From NCBI GenBank assembly GCA_963662795.1, contig OY759746.1, positions 672,001 through 736,000 of the forward strand: a stretch of 64,000 nt of DNA. The letters are read 5' to 3'. How positions within the stretch are numbered: the stretch's first letter is position 1; every line of letters starts with the position of its first letter. The notes under the pieces are model-generated. The model was given only the letters and a program-made list of their open reading frames with translations. It was not told the origin of the DNA and did not search any database. Of this stretch, positions 40,798 to 50,226 are shown piece by piece. A program made the translations under genes and the position numbers. The DNA comes from Spirochaetia bacterium (lineage in GTDB: Bacteria > Spirochaetota > Spirochaetia > CADAEX01).

Positions 40798-42438
40798 TTA
40801 TTTTTCATAAACAATCCTGCCCCCAAGGATTGTTTTCTCTACCTGAATATCTCTAATTTTTTCAACCTCAGCTTCAACCGGGTCTCCTGATAAAACCGCA
40901 AGATCTGCCAGCATCCCCGGCTTTATCGCACCCCGCTGCTGTTCTAAAAACAGCGCCCGTGCATTTGAAGCGGTCCAGGCCCTGATAGCCTCTTCAGGGT
41001 TAATTCTCTGTATTTTACCATATACTATTCCGTAAGAACTTTTACGGGTTACCATAGACTGTATCCGCAGCATCGGGTCCGCAGCACAAACAGGCCAGTC
41101 CGAGTGCGCTCCAGGCTGAAGTCCGATATCAATGGCGGACCTGTATGCATGCATCATTGCAATTCTCTCTTCTCCGTAGTCCTCATATTTGTCACCATGT
41201 TCCCACGTATACTCGTGAAAAACAGGAATCACCTCAAGTTCTTTCATTCTATTTAAAATCCTTAAATCCTTTCCCACAATACTTGCATGCTCAATACGGT
41301 GTCTGTGGTCAGACCTTGGATGCCTCCCTAGTGCTTCCTCATAAGCATCGAGAAGCGCGTCAATATCCCGGTCACCGTTTGAATGTACTGCCCATTGAAA
41401 ACCCGCATTGTGCCCCTCCATAATGACGCCATTCAATTTTTTTGAAGATACTAAAGGATGCGGCATCCCGTAATAAGGAGGATTATCTCTCTTATGTGAT
41501 CCCTCGTAAGGTTATAGCCAGCAGGTTTTTCCCGCGAGTGAATTTCCCGCAAATAACTTAAGGGGCCCCACAGTAAGCATCTCGCCGCCGAATCCTCTCT
41601 TAATATTAAGAACTTTCAAAGAATTAATAATTGCTGATCCAGCCTCTTCTGTAATCCGGAATGACATGACAACACGGACAGGCAGCCGGTTCTCATTAAG
41701 CATACTCTGATAAACGCCGAACCGCCCTGGGATGCCTGAAGCATCCATGACAGTCGCAATCCCCTTTTTAAGAAAATTATTAAAGCAAAGCTCAAGCCCC
41801 TCTTTTTCTTCCTCTTCAGTTGCCTCCGGCAGGGGGATACCAGTTGTATTAAAAAGGCTATGCATGGCACTTTCAAGGCATATTCCGTTCGGGTTTCCAT
41901 CCGCGCCCCTGCAGAAACAGCCTCCATCCGGATCAGGCGTATTTTTCCCGATTGATGCTTTCCTCAGCGCCAGTGAATTAAATACCGCGGCGTGCCCGCT
42001 TGAATGGATTATCCTGACAGGGTGCTTCGACGATATTCGGTCCAGGTCCTTAGCGGCAGGATATCTTTCCAATTTTGAATCCTGGTATCCCCGTCCAGTC
42101 ACCCATTCTCCGGCAGGAACAAACTCAGCTCTTTCTGCAAGCAGCGCGATTAATTCATCGATTGACTTTATATCAAACAAATCCACAACATGCATTTTAT
42201 GATGCAAGTCGGGATAGATTGCTGCTGGATGCAGATGAGCATCAATAAACCCCGGGGTCACTGTCTTTTCATGAAGATCAAGAATAACTGTCTGCGGGCA
42301 TGCAGTGCCAAGTATACTGCTGTTCGTACCTACCTCATCTATTCTGCTTCCGCAGACAGACAATGCCTCAGCACGCGGATATAACGGGTCGCATGTAATA
42401 ATATTTGCGTTTATGATAATAAGATGATTTGGATTCAT
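40798..42438 (-). pseudogene. YtcJ-like amidohydrolase interrupted by an in-frame TAA at 41514-41512
   Basis: The N-terminal half has PGFIDAHLH and the C-terminal half has HSNGD, RIEHAS and SDWPV. The halves are in the same frame (...CWL*PYEGSHKRDNPPYYGMPH...). Confidence 0.85.
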
Positions 42439-42445
42439 TACATTA

Positions 42446-43366
42446 TCACTCTGCTCCTAATATTATCGGCTGAGACCAGGCTTTTTTCCCGTCAGGTGCC
42501 GTAATCTCAAGACGTATATATTTTTCATCTTTTTCAATATCAAAAAAAGCCTCTGTTATAAGCTTACCATTCTGCGCCCGCAAATGTTTTCCCCGGCAGG
42601 GAGATGACTTGAAAACCACTGAAACTGAAGGTGAAAATACGGCAGCAATTCTTTTTACTGTATGCTTACCTGAATTGGAGTCTGTCTGTTCAGATTCTTC
42701 CAGGTGAAAATCAAATATCTCAGGACCCTGGGTAGAATAAAACAAACCGGATCTTAAAGATTCAACTATTGATTCAGCTGTCAGTTCAGAGCATTTGACC
42801 ATAACCCAGCCCTGATAAAGGTCATGAAAGACATGGGAATCATCACTTGCTATACCAAAAACCGGAATATTTTTATCCAGCAGATCGTCCCAGTGTGATT
42901 CTGAAAATGACCTGCCGTTTTTATCACAGGTTGTATTAAATACTTCAATCGCAAAAAATCCATCAAGAGGCAGCATATCCAGCAATGTATGTCCTGACCA
43001 GTACGGATGGGCAAGGACAGAAATGCCTCCCTGTTTTGAGATATCTCTCATCAATTCATTCGGGTGTCTGCTTTCAAAATCCAATAAATCATGAACATTG
43101 ATTGCGACAATATGGTACGGTTTGCCGCCGTATGGATTTGGAGGGTTATATTCACAGCCGGAAATAACCAGAAATGAATTATCCGGGCAACTTGCAACAT
43201 CGCTAATCCTGTTGTGTTCTGTAACAACCAGGAAGTCGTAACCCTGTTTTTTGTAGCCTTCCCAGCATTCGGCTAAATTGCGTTTGCCGTCAGAAACAGT
43301 GCTGTGCAAATGGGTATTTCCCCTGTACCATCTGCCTGGATGAGAGAATGGATTATTGCTGTTCAT
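42446..43366 (-). CDS. PHP-domain metallohydrolase (CehA/McbA-like)
   Basis: GNTHLHSTVSDG, TEHN, LAHPYW, IEVFN and SDDSH motifs. Confidence 0.85.
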   Translation of the reverse strand: MNSNNPFSHPGRWYRGNTHLHSTVSDGKRNLAECWEGYKKQGYDFLVVTEHNRISDVASCPDNSFLVISGCEYNPPNPYGGKPYHIVAINVHDLLDFESRHPNELMRDISKQGGISVLAHPYWSGHTLLDMLPLDGFFAIEVFNTTCDKNGRSFSESHWDDLLDKNIPVFGIASDDSHVFHDLYQGWVMVKCSELTAESIVESLRSGLFYSTQGPEIFDFHLEESEQTDSNSGKHTVKRIAAVFSPSVSVVFKSSPCRGKHLRAQNGKLITEAFFDIEKDEKYIRLEITAPDGKKAWSQPIILGAE

Positions 43367-43376
43367 CTGACGCTCC

Positions 43377-44237
43377 TTAATTTAACCCGGGAGTGCGCGC
43401 TTCAAGTTCAACAATCCTTCCTGGAGCTCTTGCCGTCTCCTGTATTGTATTAAAATGCTTTGGCTCGCCCTTGGCTTCGAAATTGAAATACCGTGAATAA
43501 CCGATTGCATAAAGCATCCTGAAGATTTCAACCCATTGTATTTCGTCTCCTTCAGCAAATGGAGGATAATGATCTATTCCATCCTTAAATCCATGCAGAT
43601 GCACCCAGCAAAGTCTATTTTTAATTATATTAAAAATCCTGGCAGGTCCTCCCGGCAGGGTCATGGGATTAATCCCTTCATCATTTCTGACATGGCCGAT
43701 ATCCAGAATCATACCTATCTGGGGATGATCAATTTCATCAAGAAAAGCAATCCTCTTTTCAACCCAGTTTTCAACAGCTTTGAAATTTTCAATTGCAATT
43801 ACAGCATCTGTTCCCTCAATATGGCGTGCAAGGTCCTCGTAGCTTTTGCGAAGAATGCTGTTCATTGTAGTCGCATGGGACCCCCACACTTTTCCGCCTA
43901 ATTCCATCATTGTATCAAGCTGACGACGGCAAAAATCCACTTCTTTTTTTCTCTTTTCTTTAGTATCTATACCGGCAAAATTGGTGGTGTGTGCATGATA
44001 GGCAACAATTTCAACTCCGCAGGATTTACATATATCTGAGATATATCTCATTGAATTGATGTCTGTCATATCATACTGTTCGCGGCTTTCTACCAGTTCA
44101 ATTCTGGTGATTCCGTTTTGCACAAGCTCCTTAAGGATACTTTCTCCAAACGGGCGGTATTTCCAGAAAAACACTGTAGACATGGACTGGCGGCTTTTTA
44201 TCTCCTCTTCGGAATAAAAACTCTTACCTTTATTCAT
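43377..44237 (-). CDS. Sugar phosphate isomerase/epimerase family (TIM barrel)
   Basis: AIENF, LDIGH, VHLH, DHYPP and FE motifs. Confidence 0.8.
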   Translation of the reverse strand: MNKGKSFYSEEEIKSRQSMSTVFFWKYRPFGESILKELVQNGITRIELVESREQYDMTDINSMRYISDICKSCGVEIVAYHAHTTNFAGIDTKEKRKKEVDFCRRQLDTMMELGGKVWGSHATTMNSILRKSYEDLARHIEGTDAVIAIENFKAVENWVEKRIAFLDEIDHPQIGMILDIGHVRNDEGINPMTLPGGPARIFNIIKNRLCWVHLHGFKDGIDHYPPFAEGDEIQWVEIFRMLYAIGYSRYFNFEAKGEPKHFNTIQETARAPGRIVELEARTPGLN

Positions 44238-44412
44238 CTCATCCCTCTCATGTTATTAAATATTTAAATATCAAGTATATTAACATATTTTTTATTGCCA
44301 GCCAATAGTTTTATTTATATTTAAAGTTTAATTAAATCTTTTATTTACATAGGGGCAGCCTCATGTTATGATTTAAGCAATAGATCAAAAAATATTTTTC
44401 GCAGGAGAAAAT

Positions 44413-45159
44413 ATGAATCTGTCTAAAAACATTTTGTTCATTACTGCAGATCAATGGAGAAGTGAATGTTTAAGCTGTCTGGGGCATCCTGTAGTAAAAA
44501 CGCCGAATCTTGATTCCCTGGCAGAAGATGGAGTTCTTTTTACAAATCATTTTGTTCAGTGCATCAAGTGCGGTCCAAGCCGTGCTTCCATGCTGACCGG
44601 TATGTATCTGCAAAACCACAGGTCTGTTACAAACGGCACCCCTTTGGACAGCAGACATACAAATATTGCACTTGAATCCAGAAAAGCAGGCTATGATCCC
44701 GCACTTACCGGATATACAGATACAAGTCCTGATCCAACTAAGCATGATCCGTGTGACCCGGTTTTAAAAAGCTATCACGGGGTATTGCCTGGATTTACAT
44801 CAATTTCAGGAAAAACCATGGCAGGCGTGCCGGCAGAATGGCTCAATTGGCTCAAAGAAAAAGGATATCATATTCCAGACAAAGTTACTGCTGTTTTTGA
44901 TCCTGTTTTGGATTATCCGGGGACAGAGGATAGAGGAATGACATACGCACCTGTAAAATTTTCAAAAAACGAAAGCGATACTTACTATCTGACAGATTCT
45001 GCAATAAATTTTATCAGGGGTAATTCAGAAACGCCATGGTTTCTTCACTTAAGCTACGGACGTCCTCATCCGCCATATTTTGCTCCGGAACCATATAACA
45101 GTATGTATGATTTAAGGGCACCTCTAAAAACCCTTATTAAAACACATTTTAACCAGTAA
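44413..45159 (+). pseudogene. Phosphonate monoester hydrolase/phosphodiesterase (PehA-like, formylglycine sulfatase family), C-terminally truncated by IS5
   Basis: DQWR, CGPSRASMLTG (CxPxR), NHRSV.N.TPLD.RH and GYDPAL.GY match PehA-type enzymes. The frame enters the IS terminal repeat at 45116 at roughly half the usual family length. Confidence 0.82.
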
Positions 45160-46321
45160 CATTGTTAAAATCATGTTGATATTATCATTTCAAACTGCAC
45201 GGCAGCAGTTTTACTGTCTGCTTAACCGTTATGCCCTGCATAACTGCAGGTATCTTATAATATTATAAGTAAGATTTGTCAGTCCAATTATTGCATTAGC
45301 CTTGATAATCCCAATTGCTCTTATCATATTACCTATTAAGGAATTCTTTATGCAGCCAAATACATGTTCAACCCTGCAGCGGACTTTTGATTTCTTCCTG
45401 TTGCTTTCCATCTGCTGCCTGCTTAAAATACTATATCTGCATCCTTTTTCATATATCCGGTTTCTTATCTTATTTTTCTGTAAAATGTTCTTAATTGTTT
45501 TTCCTGAATAAGCACTGTCTGCATATATCTCATGATGAGAATCTTTTTCTGTAATTAGGTTTTCAAAAACCTGACTGTCATGCACAGAAGCTGGTGTTAC
45601 ACAATATACTTCTCTATTATTTTTGATTTGCGGTCAATCCTGATGTGGTTTTTGTAGCCATAATGCCTCTGTCCTCCCTTTGTAACCCAGCGGGCATCTA
45701 CATCTTTTTGCCGTATTTTGTTCTCATTCCAGACATCTGGATCTTTTCCATCTTTTATTTCTTCGTTTTCTTCTTTTGAGTTTCTCTGTTTGGGAGCTTA
45801 TACAAAGCTGGCATCTACTATCTTTCCGCTATGCGCTATTATTCCTTCATTAAGAAGATATGATCTGAATTGCTCAAAAAGTAGTTCTATCTTTCCGGAT
45901 TTTGTAAGGGTTTCTCTAAAAAGCCATATTGTTTTTTCATCCGGTACCTGGTCCTGCAGATTAAGTCCAAGAAATCTCATAAATGAGAGGCGGTCCATTA
46001 TCTGAAATTGTATCTGTGCATCTGATAAATTATAAAGGCGCTGCAGTATAAATATCTTAAACATCATAACATAATCTAAGGCCGGCCTTCCTCCCGGGCC
46101 TTTTGCCTGCTTTTCAAACACCCGGTTTAATGTGTGGCGAAAACTTTCCCACTTAATCATTTTATTTAAAGGTATTAATGGATCTCCCTGTTTTTCAAGA
46201 TCCTTAAGTCTTAATTCGTCATCAAAAAAACCGCACTGTTATCTCATTTTTCATCTCCCATAAAGAGAGTATAACATTTATTGCAATTTATGAAAATTCC
46301 CTCTAGTTTTTAAAGGTGTCC
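45116..46321 (-). mobile_element. IS5-family insertion sequence (~1.2 kb), inactive
   Basis: Terminal inverted repeats GGGCACCTCTAAAAAC (45116) and, on the reverse strand, GGACACCTTTAAAAAC (ending 46321), 14/16 identical. Flanks are TTAA (left) and TTCA (right). Confidence 0.88.
45229..46247 (-). pseudogene. IS5-family DDE transposase pseudogene
   Basis: GGRP, LSDAQ, DRLSFMRFLGL, IVDAS, DVDARW, YGYKNH, YADSAY and R.RVEHVFG motifs. Lesions: stop at codon 3 (46241-46239), stop at 45800-45798, and a frameshift near 45600. Confidence 0.9.
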
Positions 46322-46409
46322 TTCAATTTTTAAATCCAGTTTATCGTTATTAATTTCGCTTTCTGATTAAGGTTCAAGCAACCAGTAAGAATAGCCAATG
46401 CGGGATACT

Positions 46410-46620
46410 TTAAAGACTTTGGCCATTTTTGAGATGCATTGTTTCAAAGATTGATTTTTTATAAATATAAATATTATTTCTGTCATTTTGAGAAAATAAC
46501 CAGCGTTTTTTTAATATTTCATACTCTTCCTGGATATTTGCCAATTGTTTTTTTAAATTAAGTATTTCTTCATCACGTGGATTCCCTTTTCCCGGAAATG
46601 ATTTTCTCATGTTTTTTATA
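46410..46620 (-). mobile_element. IS3-family OrfA remnant
   Basis: FPGKGNPRDEEILNLKKQLANIQEEYEILKK resembles the IS3 OrfA leucine-zipper C-terminus; no intact OrfB seen. Confidence 0.6.
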
Positions 46621-46913
46621 CTCAAAGATTCACCTACTAAGTAGATATCTCCTTTGTCTATTATATTGGGGGTAGACCACATGCATTATTTTGCCCCTTT
46701 TGGAAGAAAAAGCTGAATAAAATCTTTTTAAAGCATTTTCCTTTTAGATTTTTAATAATTAGTGTTTAACTGTGAAGGAAAAAAGTAATTTCTCTCCCGG
46801 GGTGGAAGGGAAAAACGGATAGATATACCTGAGGCTAAGTACAGGCTGCCCTGATTACAATTTTATTTACCCAATATTTTTAAAGCCTATACTTAAACTC
46901 ACCATGAACCGCT

Positions 46914-46972
46914 AAAAAAATCCCGCTGAAATTATTCTGCCTCTTGCAGGCTGAAAAATCCCGGCGGGGGTT
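46914..46972 (-). terminator. Intrinsic terminator after paralogue A (copy 1)
   Basis: Minus strand CCCGCCGGGATTTTTCAGCCT-GCAAG-AGGCAGAATAATTTCAGCGGG followed by A-T7. Confidence 0.75.
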
Positions 46973-46991
46973 TATTTGCAACTAATTACTC

Positions 46992-47693
46992 TTATAATTC
47001 TATTTTAGCAACATTGGGTTTGACCTGTTCCTGTAAATAGTCTCCCCTCACAAGCAGAACATCAGGGATTGACTCGCTGAGTTTCTTCGTCATGTCAAGA
47101 AATTTACCCCGGATATTATTCGCCTGCAGTGCTACATCCTTTACTTCGTTCGATGGCAGCTCTTTCTGCGGCTCTATCAGCGTGGCTATCCTGTCAAGCA
47201 CCGACAGCACTACCCTGTTGAGCATATCCATCTGGTCTTTTGTTTTATCAAGGTGTTTTCCAAGATTATTCACATCGCTTACCGTAAGCGGATATATCCT
47301 GTACCCCTCTTCCGGCATCTCATAACAGGCAGTCAGAAGGCCATATATTATTACAAGCGCTTTCGGATATATCTCTCCTGGTTTCCACTTCGTCAGCATC
47401 CGGAAACATTCCTTTATCATAAAGGTATTGAACTGTATTGTTCCAAGGAATTTACTCGGCTCCCTCTCCCCTACAAGTGTTTCTATTACCCACGGATTTC
47501 CTGCTTCAATCAGCCTGAAATATATGGGATAGTTGTCAGGATTCAATCCAACTTTATGTACCAGGAAATGCGCCAGCGCTACTGCGGCAAAGGCGCTGTA
47601 CCCTTCCTTGCTGTCTATTATTTCTTTTATATACCCTAATGCAAGTTCGTCTATCTCTTTCTCAGACCACAGCGGCCATTCTACACCAGACAT
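46992..47693 (-). CDS. Hypothetical protein, unrecognised family paralogue A (copy 1)
   Basis: GGAGGT RBS before ATG 47693. Shares GLxxDNYP, EIYPKAL, GYRIY, DVNNLGKHL and ANNIR motifs with paralogues B, C and D. Confidence 0.85.
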   Translation of the reverse strand: MSGVEWPLWSEKEIDELALGYIKEIIDSKEGYSAFAAVALAHFLVHKVGLNPDNYPIYFRLIEAGNPWVIETLVGEREPSKFLGTIQFNTFMIKECFRMLTKWKPGEIYPKALVIIYGLLTACYEMPEEGYRIYPLTVSDVNNLGKHLDKTKDQMDMLNRVVLSVLDRIATLIEPQKELPSNEVKDVALQANNIRGKFLDMTKKLSESIPDVLLVRGDYLQEQVKPNVAKIEL

Positions 47694-47771
47694 TGCTACC
47701 TCCACTCTGAAGTTAAGGCCGCTTTACTTCTTTCCAAAATATCGCGGCCCTATTTCACATTATCTTCTACT

Positions 47772-48491
47772 CTATTCTTCTGCAGGTTTCTCAACTTCAG
47801 CAAGAGGAATAAGTTTCCTCGGCTGTACATCCTTGTCAAGATTAGGTTCAAGTCTCAGCTGGACTTCCGGTATGACGTCAACAAGATGTTTCTTGGTATC
47901 GAAGAAATTGTTTCTTATATTATGCGCATGTACTGCAAGGTCTTCCATATCTTCATCCACATTCTGTCCTTCAAGCGAAGACAGCTTATCCAGTATGTCA
48001 AGGATACTCCGGTTAAGCAGGTCATCCTGTCCTTTTTCCTCATTCAGGTGTTTTCCCAATGAGTTAACATCTGCTACTGATGGCGGATAGATTTTATATC
48101 CATCAAGCGGCGAATTATAGGTCGCCTGAAATACTCCAAGTATTATTCCAAGGGTCTTCGGATATATCTCTGCCTTCCGGTATTTTGTCAATATTGTAAA
48201 GCATGTCGATACTATGAAATAGTTCGGCTGTATTGAACTCATGAACAAAAACGGATCCCGCGATCCAAGCAGGGCATCTATTACATTGTGGTTTCTTACT
48301 GTCAGTATATTCAGAAATACCGGATAGTTTCCATTTGTTATTCCAGTGAAGTTCAGATAGCTTGCGTATGTCGTCGCTGATTCTACTGCTTCAATTGTCC
48401 GGCAGCCCAAAATACCTTTAAGCATATTATATTCTATCTGCTGAACGTCACTATCGGTCCAGTCCTGCTTTTTTTCAAATAGCTCCTTCAT
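47772..48491 (-). CDS. Hypothetical protein, unrecognised family paralogue B (copy 1)
   Basis: AGGAG RBS; family motifs as in A and C. Confidence 0.87.
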   Translation of the reverse strand: MKELFEKKQDWTDSDVQQIEYNMLKGILGCRTIEAVESATTYASYLNFTGITNGNYPVFLNILTVRNHNVIDALLGSRDPFLFMSSIQPNYFIVSTCFTILTKYRKAEIYPKTLGIILGVFQATYNSPLDGYKIYPPSVADVNSLGKHLNEEKGQDDLLNRSILDILDKLSSLEGQNVDEDMEDLAVHAHNIRNNFFDTKKHLVDVIPEVQLRLEPNLDKDVQPRKLIPLAEVEKPAEE

Positions 48492-48514
48492 AAAATAATT
48501 CTCCTTTCCTTATT

Positions 48515-49213
48515 TTAATCAACGAAGAGTTGTCTTGGTGCAGTTTCCTTGGCTACATAATCAGATTTTACAAGGAGAACCTGCGGTATAATATCTTCCA
48601 TTTTCTTCCGTTTATCAAAGTAGAATGTCCTGATATTATTTGCCTGGCGGGCCATTTGTTCTTTTTCCGGACTGCTCGATGTTCCCGCAAGTGAGCCTAA
48701 CCGATCCAGTATGTCCAGAATACACCTGTTATTCAGATCATCCTGTCCGAGTTCCTTATTCAGATGCTTTCCAAGATTATTTACATCATTTATTGACACT
48801 GAATATATCTTGTACCCGTCCTTCGGGGATGCATATGCTGCCTGCAGTATTCCAAGCACTACTGACAGTGTTACAGGGTATATACCTCCGGGATGCCAGT
48901 TCGTCAGAAGCTTGAAGCCTGTATAGCCCAGATAGCTGTTAGGCTGTATCGGACTCAGCATTAAAAAAGGATCCTTTTTCCCTACCATAGTATCAATCAC
49001 CCAATGATTTTCTACTTCCAGCAGTTTCAGAAAGAGGGGATAATTATCATTACTTAATCCCGATAAACTTAAAAATCTTGCAAAACTTATTGAACCTTCT
49101 ACAGCCTCTTCCGTCCGGGACCCCAGCATATTCTGCACTATCCCCAGCTGTACCTTCATTATAGTCTCTTTCGACCATGTCCTTTCGATTACCCGTTCGC
49201 TCTGCTTGTCCAT
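48515..49213 (-). CDS. Hypothetical protein, unrecognised family paralogue C (copy 1)
   Basis: GGAGGT RBS before ATG 49213; family motifs as in A and B. Confidence 0.85.
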   Translation of the reverse strand: MDKQSERVIERTWSKETIMKVQLGIVQNMLGSRTEEAVEGSISFARFLSLSGLSNDNYPLFLKLLEVENHWVIDTMVGKKDPFLMLSPIQPNSYLGYTGFKLLTNWHPGGIYPVTLSVVLGILQAAYASPKDGYKIYSVSINDVNNLGKHLNKELGQDDLNNRCILDILDRLGSLAGTSSSPEKEQMARQANNIRTFYFDKRKKMEDIIPQVLLVKSDYVAKETAPRQLFVD

Positions 49214-49305
49214 TACCACCTCCACATTGCGACAAACCAAATATTAAAAAATTATATAAACCCAACTACTATAATAATAATAAACAGAAATCCCTTTATG
49301 TCTTT

Positions 49306-50226
49306 TCACTTCCTTTTATTATGCATCGCCATAAAACTTTGCCCAAAAGCTGAATAATCGTCATCGTTGCTTATAGATTTTGTATCTTCTGCTGATTTGA
49401 ACATCGATCTAAAATATTTATCCACATAATTTCTTCGGTTAATTATATTACTGACAACTTTTTTTGAAATATTATCAGCATCCTTTGAATAGGATGAAAA
49501 GGCTGCTTTTGCCAGCACCAGACAAAACTCAGGAGTAATTTCAGCAAATGCGCGCAAGCGGTCCTCAAATGTGCAGATTGATACACCTTCAAAGTGTTCA
49601 GGCCTCAAAAGCGTAAGAAATCGGGTTTTTTCGGTCCGGAGCCAGCCGAACTTATTTGGCAAACCGGTAATTTTCATTGCTTCAGAGAATAAATCTGCTT
49701 TGTCATAATCTATTGCTGCTACAAAAGGGGTATTCTTTGCATTGGTAATTACAAGATAATTATTTGGATTCCTGTCTTCATCGAAAAATATCCAGCGGTT
49801 TATTAAATCTGCCCTTAGTATATTTATAAATGGTGATTCAAGATAATTGTAAGAGCTTATCTGTACAGCACGCTGCACTACCTTTGTAATACGGTATTTT
49901 TTACCATTAATAAGTACTGCACTTGTTGGCGCAGCAAGGGTCCCTGTTTCATGATCAAGAAGATAAGCCAGCATGCACGCCCGGTGGTAAAGCATCTCAT
50001 TATCGGATGCAACCGGTTTTACTATCCAAAGGTCTCCGCTATCGTCTTTAGCAGCAAGATAGCTTTTAACCTGGGCATTAAACGGAACATCATTCTGGGA
50101 TTCAACAAGGGTAAGTTGCATGGAATCAAGATGTTTCAATACTTCCTTTGCAGGTTTATCAAGATAAAAATATTTTATAAGCTCCTTATCTCCCAAAGCA
50201 TCTGCCAGTTTTTCACGTTCACCCAT
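49306..50226 (-). CDS. HipA/PI3-PI4-kinase-like atypical kinase
   Basis: WIVKP (beta3 Lys), DEDRNPNNYLV catalytic loop and AIDYD Mg-binding motif. GGAGG RBS; start overlaps the upstream phosphoesterase stop. Confidence 0.7.
   Translation of the reverse strand: MGEREKLADALGDKELIKYFYLDKPAKEVLKHLDSMQLTLVESQNDVPFNAQVKSYLAAKDDSGDLWIVKPVASDNEMLYHRACMLAYLLDHETGTLAAPTSAVLINGKKYRITKVVQRAVQISSYNYLESPFINILRADLINRWIFFDEDRNPNNYLVITNAKNTPFVAAIDYDKADLFSEAMKITGLPNKFGWLRTEKTRFLTLLRPEHFEGVSICTFEDRLRAFAEITPEFCLVLAKAAFSSYSKDADNISKKVVSNIINRRNYVDKYFRSMFKSAEDTKSISNDDDYSAFGQSFMAMHNKRK

Larger units (their letters stand above)
46894..49279. repeat. Direct repeat copy 1 (~2.39 kb) of the three-paralogue block
   Basis: Near-identical to 55098-57484 (offset 8205 across the genes); identical protein translations. 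Confidence 0.97.

Noticed and set aside
41512-41514. Selenocysteine or pyrrolysine recoding in the amidohydrolase
   Set aside because: The stop is TAA, not TGA or TAG, and TAA ends many other genes in the window.
47092-48915. Plus-strand ORFs (e.g. 47533-48090) repeated in both copies
   Set aside because: They are antisense shadows of paralogues A-C. The SNPs are silent in the minus-strand genes, and at least one changes the shadow translation.
46894-49279. Duplication as a pure assembly artefact
   Set aside because: Not favoured, because the copies differ by at least three SNPs and an indel and have distinct clean junctions. It cannot be fully excluded without reads.
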